Assembly (NCBI RefSeq): GCF_947568905.1
Contig: NC_079164.1
Coordinates: forward strand, 78,182,001 to 78,246,000
Reading direction: 5' to 3'
DNA from: Ostrea edulis
Taxonomy: Eukaryota
Length of the DNA stretch: 64,000 bases
Part shown: one piece after another, positions 11,400 to 22,983 of the stretch
Numbering within the stretch: position 1 is the stretch's first letter
How the letters are laid out: every line of letters begins with the position of its first letter
Made by a program: the position numbers and the translations under genes
Notes under the pieces: model-generated
Seen by the model: the letters and a program-made list of their open reading frames with translations, nothing else
The model's database searches: none
What the model was told of the DNA's origin: nothing

Positions 11400-14085
11400 A
11401 ATTTTTAAGACTTTATGTATATCACTGTTAAAATATATTTGTAACATGTATCTTTCATTGTTGAGACTAGAGTAATATTTTTCTGTGTTATATTATAAAT
11501 GTTTCTAAGGTAGGTGTTTCTTAGCTTAGAATAAGATTTACATTGAAAAAGAAAATGAATTTCATCTTCGATCACACCAGTATTGCAAGCATTACAACAT
11601 CTTTCATTCATTGTTGTGGAATTATATCTACCACTTTCTATTGCAAGTTTATGTGCACTTCATCTAATTCTACTATTAAAGAGAGGATCTCTCATCTTAT
11701 TCTGAGTAAATCAACATATGGACTTCTTTTTGTTGTGTATAATTTTTTATAAAATTCAAGTTTTTTTTAACCAAAGATTGTTGATGATTGCTCCTGGGTG
11801 CATTGGTCAATGATTCTTTGTTTTATGTTTGGTAAAAGGTGTTGAATTGAATCTTTATATTTTGTAATGTTTGAAAATCCCAGATTATCTAGAATAGAAA
11901 ATATTTTCCTGGTCCAAGTGTTGTAATCACTTGTGGATTGGTAAAGTTTAAAAGCCAAAAAGAGTCGGATGTTATCAGATGATTCCAATATTTAATACTT
12001 GAGAATGAAATTCTGGACCAAAGTGGTAGTCTATCAAGTTCAGCTAGATAACCAGCATTGGATGTTTTACAGTGCACTCCAAGGATATCTTTAATAAATT
12101 CTAACTGAAATTTTTCTAGATTTGAAATATCTTTGGATGAGAGATCCACTCCCCACATTTCACTACAATAAAGAAGAACTGGAAGTACAAAAGCATCAAA
12201 AAGTTTTTCTAAAAGTCTACATGAATTATCAATACCAATGATTCTTTTCATTTTAAAACTTGCTTTTCTAAATAACAGTATTTTGGTGCAATTTGTATTG
12301 TATTGCCATTAATAGTAGATTAATTTCCTTGAGGTTTGCCATTTGAGTTAAATATCAAAACTTTATATTTATCTACATTGACTTGCAGTTTCCAGTTTGA
12401 ACAATAGTTACTGAGAATATCAAGGCTGTTCTGTAAACCACTTTTGCTTGCAGAAAAGATTACAATATCGTCAGCATACAACATACAATTTACATGAACA
12501 TTGTTTACTTGCAGGGTCCCAACTTCGACTGAATACCTTAGGGGCCAAGTGGGCCCCTGAATAAGAAATACTGTTAGCCCACATGAAATTTCAGTAGCCC
12601 ACACATATCATGAAATTGAATACCATGGTTTCTTTACAAGAAAAAAGAAACATCAGGTCACGTTGCAATTTATTTAAAAAATAAAATATCAATATTTAAA
12701 TTCTGTTTTCTTCTCCGTAATTCTTTCAAATATCTCTCTCTCATTTCCACTCTCAATCCGTCAACATAGCAAAAATATCGGAGTTCATGGACTTTATTAT
12801 CTTCGCGGCGTCTGACTTTAACACACGTTTCTTCCAACTTTTTATGTGATTTCAAAATTTCTCAGTTTTACGATGCTGTCAAGTTTATAACTTGGGCAAG
12901 CTGTCACAACGATTGGACCTTTCATGTCATGTTTTGTACACACATCACGTCATCCCCTTTTCGCCGTCATCGAACCATATTCTCCCCTTCTTTCCACTTT
13001 GGTAAAAGCAGATGTTTTCTTTTCGTTTGAAGTAACCCTAGCGTTGTTCAACTTCTGGTTTAAGTACATTTTTGGAAGATTTGATACCACAGGAATGTCT
13101 CGCCAAGTGGCAAAACCTCAACCGGTAATTGAACTTCAATTATAATAGGACTCGGATCAGTCGGAAAGAAAAATGTTGATCGGACAATTACGGTCGCCAA
13201 GTGGGCGATGAGAACGGAAATTTTGGGTGCCCACAAGCAAAGTTTAGTCGCCAATGCGAGTGGGCTAGCGGTAATTTGGAACCCTGACTTGTACAGGATC
13301 ACATTTTCCATTCTTCAAGTCATTGACAATACATCAATAAATACATTGAAGAGTATGGGGCTTAAGACATCCCCTTGTTTGACACCACATTCAGAATTGA
13401 ATACATCACTTAAACCATCAGAAAATTTGATTCTACTCATTGTGTTACTATACATGGAAAATAAAATATTAACAATTTTTTGAGATATTAGATTCAAGGA
13501 GTTTATAAAATATACCTAATCTCCATACAGTGTCAAATGCTTTTCTAATATCAATAAAAGCCGCATATACTTTTTTGTTTTTGTAATGGTCAGTTATTGT
13601 TTTTATAGAGAACATGTGGTCTGATGTTCTACAATTTTCTTTGAAACCAATTTGATTTTCACTTATCAGTGACATAGAGTTTACAAATTCAAGTAGCCTA
13701 GTATGGATTGTTCTATTGAAAAGTTTTCCTAGATTTGAGGTAATTGATATACCTCTGTATTGAACAATATAATTGATATAACCTACCTCACCTTTCCTCA
13801 TGTTTTCTTTGATAGTCCTTTCTTCAGTAACTCATCTAATTCCTTTTGATTCAGCAGTTAAGAAAACGCTCAATATTTGCAATATCCTGGCCAGCATTTG
13901 TAAGTTCCTCATCAGAAATGTCCGATGATGAAACTACATCCAGGTTGAAGTTTGCCTCATTTTGCGTTAAACTATTTTCCATTTCTGCGTCCAAAATTTC
14001 ACTTAATATACCATCAGTATTTTGCTCATCTTCAGTTTCCTTGGACTTTCACCGAGTTTTAAAAAAAAACACTTTTCTCCATTAA
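11400..14085 (-). mobile_element. Decayed non-LTR retrotransposon (LINE; CR1/RTE-X-like ORF2), interrupted
   Basis: RT motifs YRGISITSNLGKLF, NQIGFK, AAFIDIRKAFDTV, GVKQGDVLSPILFNVFID, LYADD and C-terminal CxxC..EDEIHFLFQC, spread over frameshifted ORFs 13469-13801, 13315-13497, 12320-12604, 11889-12251, 11405-11611. Confidence 0.9.
12512..13286. mobile_element. 775-bp TIR element nested in the LINE RT domain, 5-bp TSD
   Basis: TIR CAGGGTCCCAACTT / CAGGGTTCCAAATT (12/14 match); ACTTG at 12507-12511 and 13287-13291. Removing the element restores ...KCDPVQVNNVHVNCMLYADD. Confidence 0.85.
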
Positions 14086-14767
14086 AGGAAGACATGCCTA
14101 TCGTACATAGGGGAACTTTCAATTGAGCACCCTTACCTGTGACTGTCTATTTTGTAAACAATGAACCTACTATCCTACGGCCCTCAATTAGTTCTTTCTC
14201 TCACAGAATGGACAGTTTTCGGCCTTTCTCCTTTACTTAAGGAGGCAAACTGAAGGACAGACTTGCATGTGCATATTTTAATAGATTTTATTAATGCCCA
14301 TTACATGTATATAACAAAAGCTGCAACATTACATGTATATATCCATGTAGAAAAACATTCTGACCAAAGTTTGAAAAATAGGAGGCCTTCACCAATATTA
14401 CATGACCAAGATTTGAAAGTTTGGTGTTAATGTTCTATAAACATATATATTTATTTCCTGAATTATGTTATCAGGACCGATGTTTAAGTTGTCATTAAAC
14501 ATACTAAGTCATATTGATATCCTAAAACTGGTATTTTCCTTAGTTTGAATTGCCAATCAAGTTTGACCATGCAAAGAAATAAATTTTAGTAGTGTAAATC
14601 TTTACACAGTCGTAGATAATAGAAAGAGTACATTATTATCACAAGTGTTTGCTGAGACAGCTCTTTTCCATTTGTTTATTGAGACCGGAGAACTTGTGAA
14701 ACAACAAAAGATACAATAATAGCCTGGACAGGAACAAGTAAATAATACACATGTACTACCAACCCAT

Positions 14768-16083
14768 TTAATTTTCTAAATTAGTCACACCTATAGTGTC
14801 TTTATTTTGTTGTTGAAATATTAACCATGAGTTAACAGCTTTCTGAATTTCATCCTCTGGGAGTAGCTTGTAGTGTTGTAACCCAATTAGTAACTCTTGA
14901 CGTGCATTTCCTGCAAAACTATTGGACAAAAAGGCAGGAAGTCCTCTGTATCCATCACCCATTGTAAACAGTGGCGGTCGTACTATACCTAGTGTCTGTT
15001 AAAGAAAGGAAATGCGGTAACCACAATTAATGATGGCATAATTTATTTTTTCTTTAGTGTTGGTACTTTTGGCATATATTTGGTTCCTTTATATTAAACA
15101 GTACGATATATTACTGGTTTTGCAATGGTGTATTGAGACTAATACCTGTTGTAATATATATACCTCTGATCCATAATCTGGAGCTTTTAAATTTTCAAGT
15201 TCAATTTCTTGGAATTGTGGCAGAGTCACCTCTCTCCCATAAAAGTGTAACACAAGAGTCTTGCTCTTGTTCACAAAGGAAATGACATGATCTCTGTCTG
15301 ACAGTTTAAATTTTTGCATGTCAAGACCAATTTCTTCCTCCAGTTCACGGTTTGCTGCTTGGAGGGGGTTTTCTCCGGGATCAACTAAGCCACCGGGAAA
15401 CCCCAGCAAACCATCAAACCTCATCTGCATCTGAAAGAGTTAATATATAAATGTAATTAAAAATTCAGTCTCAACCAGGATTTGAACTTGCAGCCTCTAG
15501 TTCTTTAAAAATTAAGCTTCTACAGTGTCAACCCTGTTGTCAAACTTTGTGTGAATGTAGTTGAACACGATATGAAGTCACTGTATTTAAACTGTAGTCA
15601 GCCTGCATGATGCATAAACTAGTTACTTGATTGTTATTCTTTGGACCATGTTTGCTTTAAATTGAAACACAAAGTATTGCAACTAGTGTCTGTGTATTCT
15701 GAAATACTAGTCCTCCTTCCTTCCCTATTTAGTGTTGCACCTAGTTCATTTGTCAACCTAGTTGAAATGTTCCGTGCAGGTACACAGCAAAGTTTGTCTG
15801 CTTTCAAGGAGATGATAGTGTAACTAAAATGTTGTTCTTTTAGCGACATGATGTGATGAAAAGCAAGAAACAGAATTACCAGCACTGCACCCCTGCAGTT
15901 GTATAGTTCCCAAAGGATAGCGTCATTTCTTGCAAACAGCATCGAGTGTGACGCGTGTCGGAATGAAGCATATTTATCTGATAGGGCTTCCTCGTATGAT
16001 ACGATATCAAAATCCTCTTTCTTATCACCCGCTCGACCATATGCCTCGTAGGCCTGTAATTTTCCCCATCCAATGTCGGTCAT
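14768..16083 (-). CDS. NUDT16: NUDT16-like Nudix hydrolase (U8 snoRNA-decapping enzyme / IDP phosphatase family), 232 aa
   Basis: Exons 16083-15880, 15430-15164, 14995-14768, all phase 0 with GT-AG. Motifs MQMRFDGLLGFPGG, Nudix box GGLVDPGENPLQAANRELEEEIG, DYGSETLGIVRPPLFT, GLPAFLSNSFAGNARQEL. Confidence 0.92.
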
Positions 16084-16239
16084 TTGTGTACGTGAAGTGG
16101 ACACCTGTTGAAATGACAATCTGATTGAATAGTTTGCCTGTTTTAATTGTAGTAGTTCATTTAACTTCCAGACACATAAGAAAATGTCTTTTAAAAGACG
16201 ACAACCATATCAAACTTGAAACTACCGTTACTACGGTAG

Positions 16240-16340
16240 TCGTCGCGTTGTAGAAATCTTGGTGGTCTCAAATCGGAAGTTCTGTATAGCACGAGAAGGT
16301 TAAAAAAAAAACACGTAGCCGGAAATATTCCGGGAAAAAG
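16240..16340 (-). promoter_or_regulatory. Probable NUDT16 core promoter, CpG-rich with ETS-like motifs
   Basis: Local CpG enrichment with CGGAAGT (~16274) and CCGGAAAT (~16319) just upstream of the first coding exon. TSS not determinable. Confidence 0.4.
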
Positions 16341-16354
16341 CTTTTAAAAAGTAA

Positions 16355-16599
16355 ACTCAGGTGACCTATTGCAATATGGTTTTCGTCCGTCGTCGTGCAT
16401 TAACAATTGAACATTTTTAATTTCTTCTTAATACCTACCAGTCCAATTCTTTCCAAATTTTGTATGAAGCATCATTGGGACATGGAGGACATAAATTGTA
16501 AATTTCAGGACTTGGACAGCGCCCCTGGGGCCGTAAGGGTAGGGCAAAAATTGACCAAAATTGACAAATTTTCAAAAATCTTCTCAAGAACCACATATA

Positions 16600-16643
<44 letters not shown>

Positions 16644-16673
16644 AAATGCATAGTGATGTAGAGCAGGAAGGCC

Positions 16674-16704
<31 letters not shown>

Positions 16705-17281
16705 GGGGGTAAGGGTTCTGACCCTAGCTAGGCGGGGCAAATCTTGTTATATAGTGTTTATGTGTAAAACACTTAAATTACATCTTCTTTAATGTTATTG
16801 ATACTAAATTGAAAGTAAATAGATATTTAGAAAGAAGAGGTAGTCCTTTACCAAAATTGTAAATTTGATTATTCCAGGGGTAGGGGTTTTGGTATCAGGG
16901 TGGGGCCAAAATGGTCAATTATTGAGTGTGTGAACAATAGACATTTTTAACTTCTTCTTGATAACTATCATTCCAATTCTTTTCAAATTTGGTTTGAGAT
17001 ATCTTTTGAACAAGGGGAACATAAATTGTAAATTTCAGGATTCTTGCACCCCTTGGGTCTTAGGGGCGGGGCAAAAACTGTCCCAATTGACAATTTTTCA
17101 AAAATCTTCTTCTCAAGAACCACACACATGTAAGAAAAACTAAATGCATAGTGATGTAGAGCAGGAAGGCCTCTACCAAAATTGTAAATTTCATGATCCC
17201 TTGGGGTAAGGGTTCTAACCCCAGGGTGGGGACAAACTTGGTATATAGTATGTGTAAAACGCTTAAATAACATTTTCTTTA

Positions 17282-17329
<48 letters not shown>

Positions 17330-17379
17330 TTTTTGTCCGTCGTCTGTCTGTCTGTCTGTTAAACTTTTCACATTTTCGA

Positions 17380-17417
<38 letters not shown>

Positions 17418-19523
17418 ATGGCCAAAAGCATCCTTGGGTGAAGGGCTTTCAAGTTTGTTCAAATGAAGGGCCATGTCCCTTTCAAAGGGGAGATAATCAC
17501 AAAAATGCAAAAATAGGGTGGGGTCATTTAAAAATCTTCTTCTCACGAACCACTGGGCCAGAAGAGCTGAAATTTACCTGAAAGCTTCCTGACATCTTTG
17601 TTCAAATTATGGCCCCCGGTGGTAGGAAGGGGGGATCAAAGTTTTGCATACAAATATATAGGGAAAAACTTTAAAAATCTTCTTCTCAAGAACCACTAAG
17701 CCAGAAAATCTGAGATTTACATGAAAGCTTCCTGACATAATGCAGATTCAAGTTTCTTCAAATCATGGCCCCCGGGGATAAGATGGGGCCCCAAGGGGGG
17801 ATCAAAGTTTTACACACAAATATACATGTATAGGGAAAAACTTTAAAAATCTTCTTCTCAAGAACCACTAAGCCAGAAAATCTGAGATTTACATGAAAGC
17901 TTCCTGACATAATGCAGATTGACGTTTGTTCAAATCATGGGCCCCGGGGGTTGGATGGGGCCACAATAGGGGATCAAAGCTTTACATACAAATATATAGG
18001 AAAAATCTTTTAAAAACTTCTTCTCAAGAACCACTAAGCCAGAAAAGCTGAGATTTACATGAAAGCTTCCTGACATAATGCAGATTCAAGTTTGCTCAAA
18101 TCATGGGCTCCAGGGGTTGGATGGGGCCACAATAGGGGATCAAAGTTTTACATACAAATATACAGGAACAATCTTCTTCTCAAGAACCACTGAGCCAGAA
18201 AAGCTGATTTTTACATGAAAACTTTCTGACATAGTGCAGATTCAAGTTTGTTCAATCATGGCCCCCGGGGGTATGATGGGGCCACAAGGGGGATCAAAGT
18301 TTTACATACAAATATATAGTTAAAATCTTTTTCTCAATAACCACTGAGTCAGAAAAGCTGATATTTACAAGAAAACTTTCTGAAATTGTGCAGATTCAAG
18401 TTTGTTTAAATCAAGGCCCCCCGGGGGGTAGGATGGGGCCACAAGTGGGGGGTGTGTGTCAAAGTTTTACATACAAATATAGGAAAAAGATTTAAAAGTC
18501 TTCATCTCAAGAACCATTGGGCCAAAGAAGTTGACATTTACATGAAAGCTTTCTGACATAGTGTAGATTCAAGTTTGCAAAGGGTAGTTTGGGCCATAAT
18601 AGGGACTAAGGTTTTACATGCAAATATATATGGAAAGTCTTCAGATATGGGCCAAGGTGACTCAGGTGAGCGATGTGACCCATGGGCCTCTTGTATTGAT
18701 ACTAAATTGAAAGTAAGGAGATATTTAGAAAGAACAGATAGTCCTTTACCAAAATTGTAAATTTGATTATTCCAGGGGTAGGGGTTTTGGTATCAGGGTG
18801 GGGCCAAAATGGTCAGTTATTGAGTGTGTGAACAATAGACATTTTTAACCTTAGCGACAGGGCAAAAACTGCCCCCAAAATGATCAATTTTCAAAAATCT
18901 TCTTCTCAAGAATCACACACATGTAAGAAAAACTAAATGAATAGTGATATAGAGGAGGATGACCTCTACCAAAATTTTAAATTTCATGATCCCCGGGATA
19001 GGGGTTATGACCTCAGGGCAGGGCCTAACTTGTTATATAGTGTTTATGTGTAAAACACTTAAATAACATTTTCTTTAGTGCTTTTGATACTAAATTGAAA
19101 CTAGATGGATAGAGCAGATAGTCTTTTACCAAATGGGGCCAAACTTAGTATATATAGTATTTATGTGTAAGTTTGCTGATACTGTATAAAATATATATGC
19201 ATACTTAGGAATAGCAGAAAAGGATGTACAAAAAATGGTGAATTTCACAACCCAGGGTTATGACTTTCAGATGAGTCCAAATTAGTCATCTTTTGATGTT
19301 TTAATGCTAATACACCTATTATTTAAAGCCTTTCATCAGTGTATATGCCCTTTTGAGGGTAGTGAAGTTTTAAGAACACATCTTGTTTTATACTGTTGCT
19401 GGACATTAGAATTTAGCTTAGATATTTAGAACAGGAATTTTTTTCTAGATTTCATAGCCCATGGAAATAGTGATACTTTTTTCACTAGTATTGAGGTGAC
19501 TGATAAGGCCTGTGGGCCTCTTG
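16355..19523 (+). mobile_element. Large HINE-like (Helentron-type) non-autonomous element with a nested element
   Basis: Head ctcaggtgacctattgc..cgtccgtcgtcgt, long diverged internal tandem units, 3' hairpin aggcc-tgt-gggcct followed by cttgtttt. Confidence 0.75.
17283..18694 (+). mobile_element. HINE-like element with ~7 units of ~165-170-bp Cg170/HindIII-like satellite, nested in the element above
   Basis: Subterminal inverted repeat gctcacctgag / ctcaggtgagc, (ctgt)n, tandem units containing AAGCTT, 3' palindrome acccatgggcc. The host sequence ttctttagt..attgatactaaattgaaagt is split at the insertion (compare the intact copy at ~16786-16815). Confidence 0.85.
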
Positions 19524-20364
19524 TTTTTTTAAAGGGTGGGATAATTTTTGTTCATCCTACAGTTTAAAATAAAATTTGAATTCACAGATTGTAAAAAGAA
19601 AAATTTTCCTTTTTACGCATTGTTAAAAAGACAATCTCTTATCTTAATAATCAGATAAAAAACTTTTATCTGAATCAGCCTTCGTGTACATATAAACTTT
19701 TAGAAAAGGTAGGTTTGGACGAAGAATATTTTATGACAATGTAGGGGTTATATTTGAAGTAAATTTTTATGTCACATGTAAACTTTAAAGCGATGAGGTC
19801 AAATTTCACTTTCAAGATTTATGATCATGTATGATATTCTAGTTCTATTAGATAATTCGCAGACCTCCTTGGGGGTAATACGCGATTGAGACGGTGCTGC
19901 TAGTCAAGATTGGCCTGCATGAGCTGGTTCTTGCCGATGTTGACAGAGCCAGCCTCTACTACTGAGGCAGGTAATGTCTTCCACTCTGATGGTTCTAGGG
20001 ATAAATGAGTGGAGTCTCAGTTGTGTTGTACTTCTGTTGTTTCAGTTTCAGAGAATGGTTTGTCATGGTTCTGACATCAGCCTTTTGTAATCCAAGGTCT
20101 TCAGGTGTGATGGCGACATGACCGTGTAAGATCTTGTACCTCACCAGGAGTCTGGCCCTCTTCCTCCGAAGTTCCAATCCCTCCAGCCCTAGTGATTCAA
20201 ACATTCCTGTCCCTCTAGAATAGGTACTGTAGTCCCTGCATATCCACCTAGCTGCTTGTCGTTGGGTTCGTTCGAGAGTACTAGCATCCTTCTTTGAGTG
20301 AGGATCCCACACAGTTGAGCCGTATTCCATAATGGAAAACTTATAATACGGTACCAATTTTGAT

Positions 20365-20408
20365 GCACCAGATGCGTATTTCGACAAATAATGTCTCTTC
20401 AGTGATGC
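20365..20408 (-). ncRNA. Minimal type I hammerhead ribozyme, copy 1 (stem III palindrome has one substitution)
   Basis: Minus strand GCAUCA CUGAAGA GACA-UUAUU-UGUC GAAA UACGCA UC UGGUGC. Confidence 0.72.
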
Positions 20409-20708
20409 TCAACCGAAATGTTTGAAATCCGAAGTAACAATGAAGTTTTAGAGCTATTATAGGGAAGAACAGTGTGCCAAAAAATGGAGTCAAATTCGTC
20501 TAAGGATAAGAGCCATGCGTGAGGGAGATAATCCTTAATTTTGAAATGAATTTCTAAATTTTAAAACAACAATTAAATATACATTCGTATTTTCAAGCTA
20601 GTAACTAAGTACTACTGGGCTGTAGAGACCCTCGGGGACTACCAGTCCACCAGCAGAGGCCTCGAGCCATGGGTCATAATGTAAAACTGATACGGTACCA
20701 ATTTTGAT

Positions 20709-20752
20709 GCACCAGATGCGCATTTCGACAAATAATGTCTCTTCAGTGATGC
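20709..20752 (-). ncRNA. Minimal type I hammerhead ribozyme, copy 2 (intact)
   Basis: Minus strand GCAUCA CUGAAGA GACA-UUAUU-UGUC GAAA UGCGCA UC UGGUGC: full core CUGANGA/GAAA/UH, 6-bp stem I, 4-bp stem II, palindromic stem III AUGCGCAU. Confidence 0.85.
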
Positions 20753-22219
20753 TCAACAGAAATGTTTGAAATCCGAAATAACAATGAAGTTTTAGAGCTA
20801 TCATAGGGAAAAACAGTGTGCCAAAAAAGTGGATCGCACCATAGAGATATATGCTGTCCTCTTGAACTCTTTCGGGCAGCGCTTGAGGTACAGTACCTAC
20901 GCAGGAAACCCAGCCTCGAATTAGCTCTTATTTAGCACACTGGCTGACCTGTTCTGACCAGTTAAGGCTGCTGGAAATTTTTACACTCAGGTATGTGCAG
21001 GAATCTTCTTGGTCCAAGATGGTATTGTTGAGCTGGTACATGCGTGTGATGGGCTTGGAACGAGCTATGGTCATGATGTTACATTTCCGACAGTTAAATG
21101 CCATTCCCCTCTGCATACTCCATCGTTCCAGCGTATCCAGGTCTTGTAGTTTGGTCTGGTCTTCTGGTGAGTGAATCTCTCTATACAACAAGCACTGGTC
21201 TGCAAATAGTCTGTACTTGGTATTCGGGTCGAGATTAGCAGAAAGAGGAGGGGACTCAGGACAGATCCTTGTGGCACCCCGACGTAACGTCAGCTTCCCG
21301 TGAATACTTGCCCTCCACAAGTAACAGCTGCTTTCCACCTGTGAGAAAAGCTTCTATATAGTTCATGTTGTTTTTGACCCCATATTGTTGTAATTTACAG
21401 ATGGATCGCTGATGAAACACTTTGATAAAAAACTTTGCTGAAGTCCAAAACAGCAACATCTACTTGGGTCTTCTTGTCTCGGATGTTTAACAAGTCATCT
21501 AGCTTAACTTATAACTGAGTCTCATTGGACGGTGATTTTCTGGAAGACATGACCTCCCTTTCTTAAAGAGTGTTACCACGTTGGCATGCAACCATATAGT
21601 AGGGGTGTACCGGTGTCTAGTGATTGTTGGTAGATGATGATCAGCATCGGCGCTAGGATTTCAGCAGGTTCTTTCAGTATTCTGCATGACTTTTGATCTG
21701 GCGCGCCTGCTTTATTTGGATTTATATCAGATAACAGCTTCTGGACTCCTTTGTTTTCTACACGTAGTCTCCTTATAATATAGGAGGATAGCAGGATCCT
21801 TGAAGTGTTGAGTTGGCGTAGCGATCATCTTTGCTGAAATCTGACTATTCAAGATGTTGGCTTTGTCAGTACTTCTGAGTATAGTTCTCCATTTTTATTG
21901 AGAGGTGCCGCTCCGTTCCGTTCGTTACACTGGTTGTAGAGGTACCTATACAGGGGTTTGTTAGTTCCTTCTTCCACTCTAGCTTACAAGATGCCGTTGA
22001 TGTAATTCAGGCTATCAGTGCTGAGAGCTTGGTCGTGACTTTTTAATGGGCATTATATTCTGCAATCAACCATTGTACGAATAGGACGTGTTCTAATTCA
22101 CTCCTTGGGAAGCTGAGATGAGTAAGCTCAAAACAATTTGCAGTGTAAATACGTTTATAGACAGCTTTTCCAGAAATAGGTATAGAAAAATGTACACAAG
22201 TACTGTAGTAGTATGATGA

Positions 22220-22710
22220 TATCACAAAGCTTCTAGAGTGTACTCGAGTAGTTTCTAAGGATATACTCCTGAAGAATTTAAGCTCACTACACTAAGGCTT
22301 GACACCACGTCACAAGATGGCGATTTAAATGTTTTGTGAAATTATTTGTATTGATCGACTTTGTTCTCTCTCATCGTAGCTCAGTGGTTAAAGGATTGGG
22401 TTGGTGAACCGCAGATCTCGAGTTCAAATCTCCCAGAGTCTTTCATTCGTATGTGTTGAAATTTATTTTTTTGAAAATCATGTTTTTTATCTAAATTTGT
22501 ATATTTTTTGCCTTTTTTGGTTTATGTACTGATCAGTCTGATTGTATATCATCATATTTTTTATAATTAAATCAATTCGTACTGATTTGAGAAACTATTT
22601 CTGGGTGTATTGAGTCACCTTAAGAAACTAGCCGAGTATACTTTTTATTATATATATACTCCTGAAGAATAGAAAAACCTAGCCGAGTATACTCTACCGG
22701 CTTTGTGATA
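22220..22710. mobile_element. MITE with ~36-bp imperfect TIR, carrying a nested insert at ~22290-22622
   Basis: tatcacaaagcttctagagtgtactcgagtagtttct vs reverse complement of the right end tatcacaaagccggtagagtatactcggctagg. Confidence 0.65.
22374..22436 (+). pseudogene. tRNA-derived segment inside a repeat; not a functional tRNA
   Basis: A-box-like tagctcagtgg and B-box-like gagttcaaatc at tRNA spacing, but no good acceptor stem. Similar segment on the minus strand at 33486-33544. Confidence 0.5.
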
Positions 22711-22721
22711 GTTTCGTTTTC

Positions 22722-22767
22722 GTTTGTCCTGAGGAAAGGACAGGTCCCGAAAATTAATTTGACAATC
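22722..22767 (+). ncRNA. Candidate minimal type I hammerhead ribozyme of a second family, partly degenerate
   Basis: UUGUC CUGAGGA A AGGA-CAGG-UCCC GAAA AUUAAU UU GACAA: core motifs, 5-bp stem I, palindromic stem III AAUUAAUU; A.C mismatch at the base of stem II. Confidence 0.55.
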
Positions 22768-22809
22768 TAATATTGTTTGTGTCGTTTGTAATGTTTGTGC
22801 TTTATATAA

Positions 22810-22948
22810 TGAGCTCACCCGAAGTGAAAACTCAAGAGAGCTTTTCTGATCAGCCCGCTGTCTGTCTGTTTGTCTGTAAACTTTTCATACTTTCGACTTG
22901 TCCGAAACCACTGGACCAATTTCAACTAAATTTGTTACAAATCATCCA

Positions 22949-22983
<35 letters not shown>

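Larger units (their letters stand above)
20337..20829 (-). mobile_element. Penelope-type / retrozyme-like partial tandem (344-bp unit x ~1.4) inserted in the LINE
   Basis: 20346-20489 is repeated at 20690-20833; TGGA at both junctions (20333-20336, 20830-20833); removal restores LINE MVRSIMEYGSTVWDP. Confidence 0.8.
19835..22040 (-). mobile_element. Decayed 5'-truncated CR1-like LINE, interrupted by a 493-bp insertion
   Basis: RT remnants PQGSVLSPLLFL, LFAD, GMAFNCRKCNIM, CTYLSVKISSSLNWSEQV and post-RT SIMEYGSTVWDPH..LERTQRQAARWI; short ctagaa-like 3' tail. Confidence 0.88.

Noticed and set aside
13846-14085. 79-aa plus-strand ORF
   Set aside because: Antisense to the decayed LINE ORF2 region; no independent coding signal.
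22374-22436. tRNA gene (also 33486-33544 on the minus strand)
   Set aside because: A/B-box-like motifs only, no convincing cloverleaf, and embedded in repeats.
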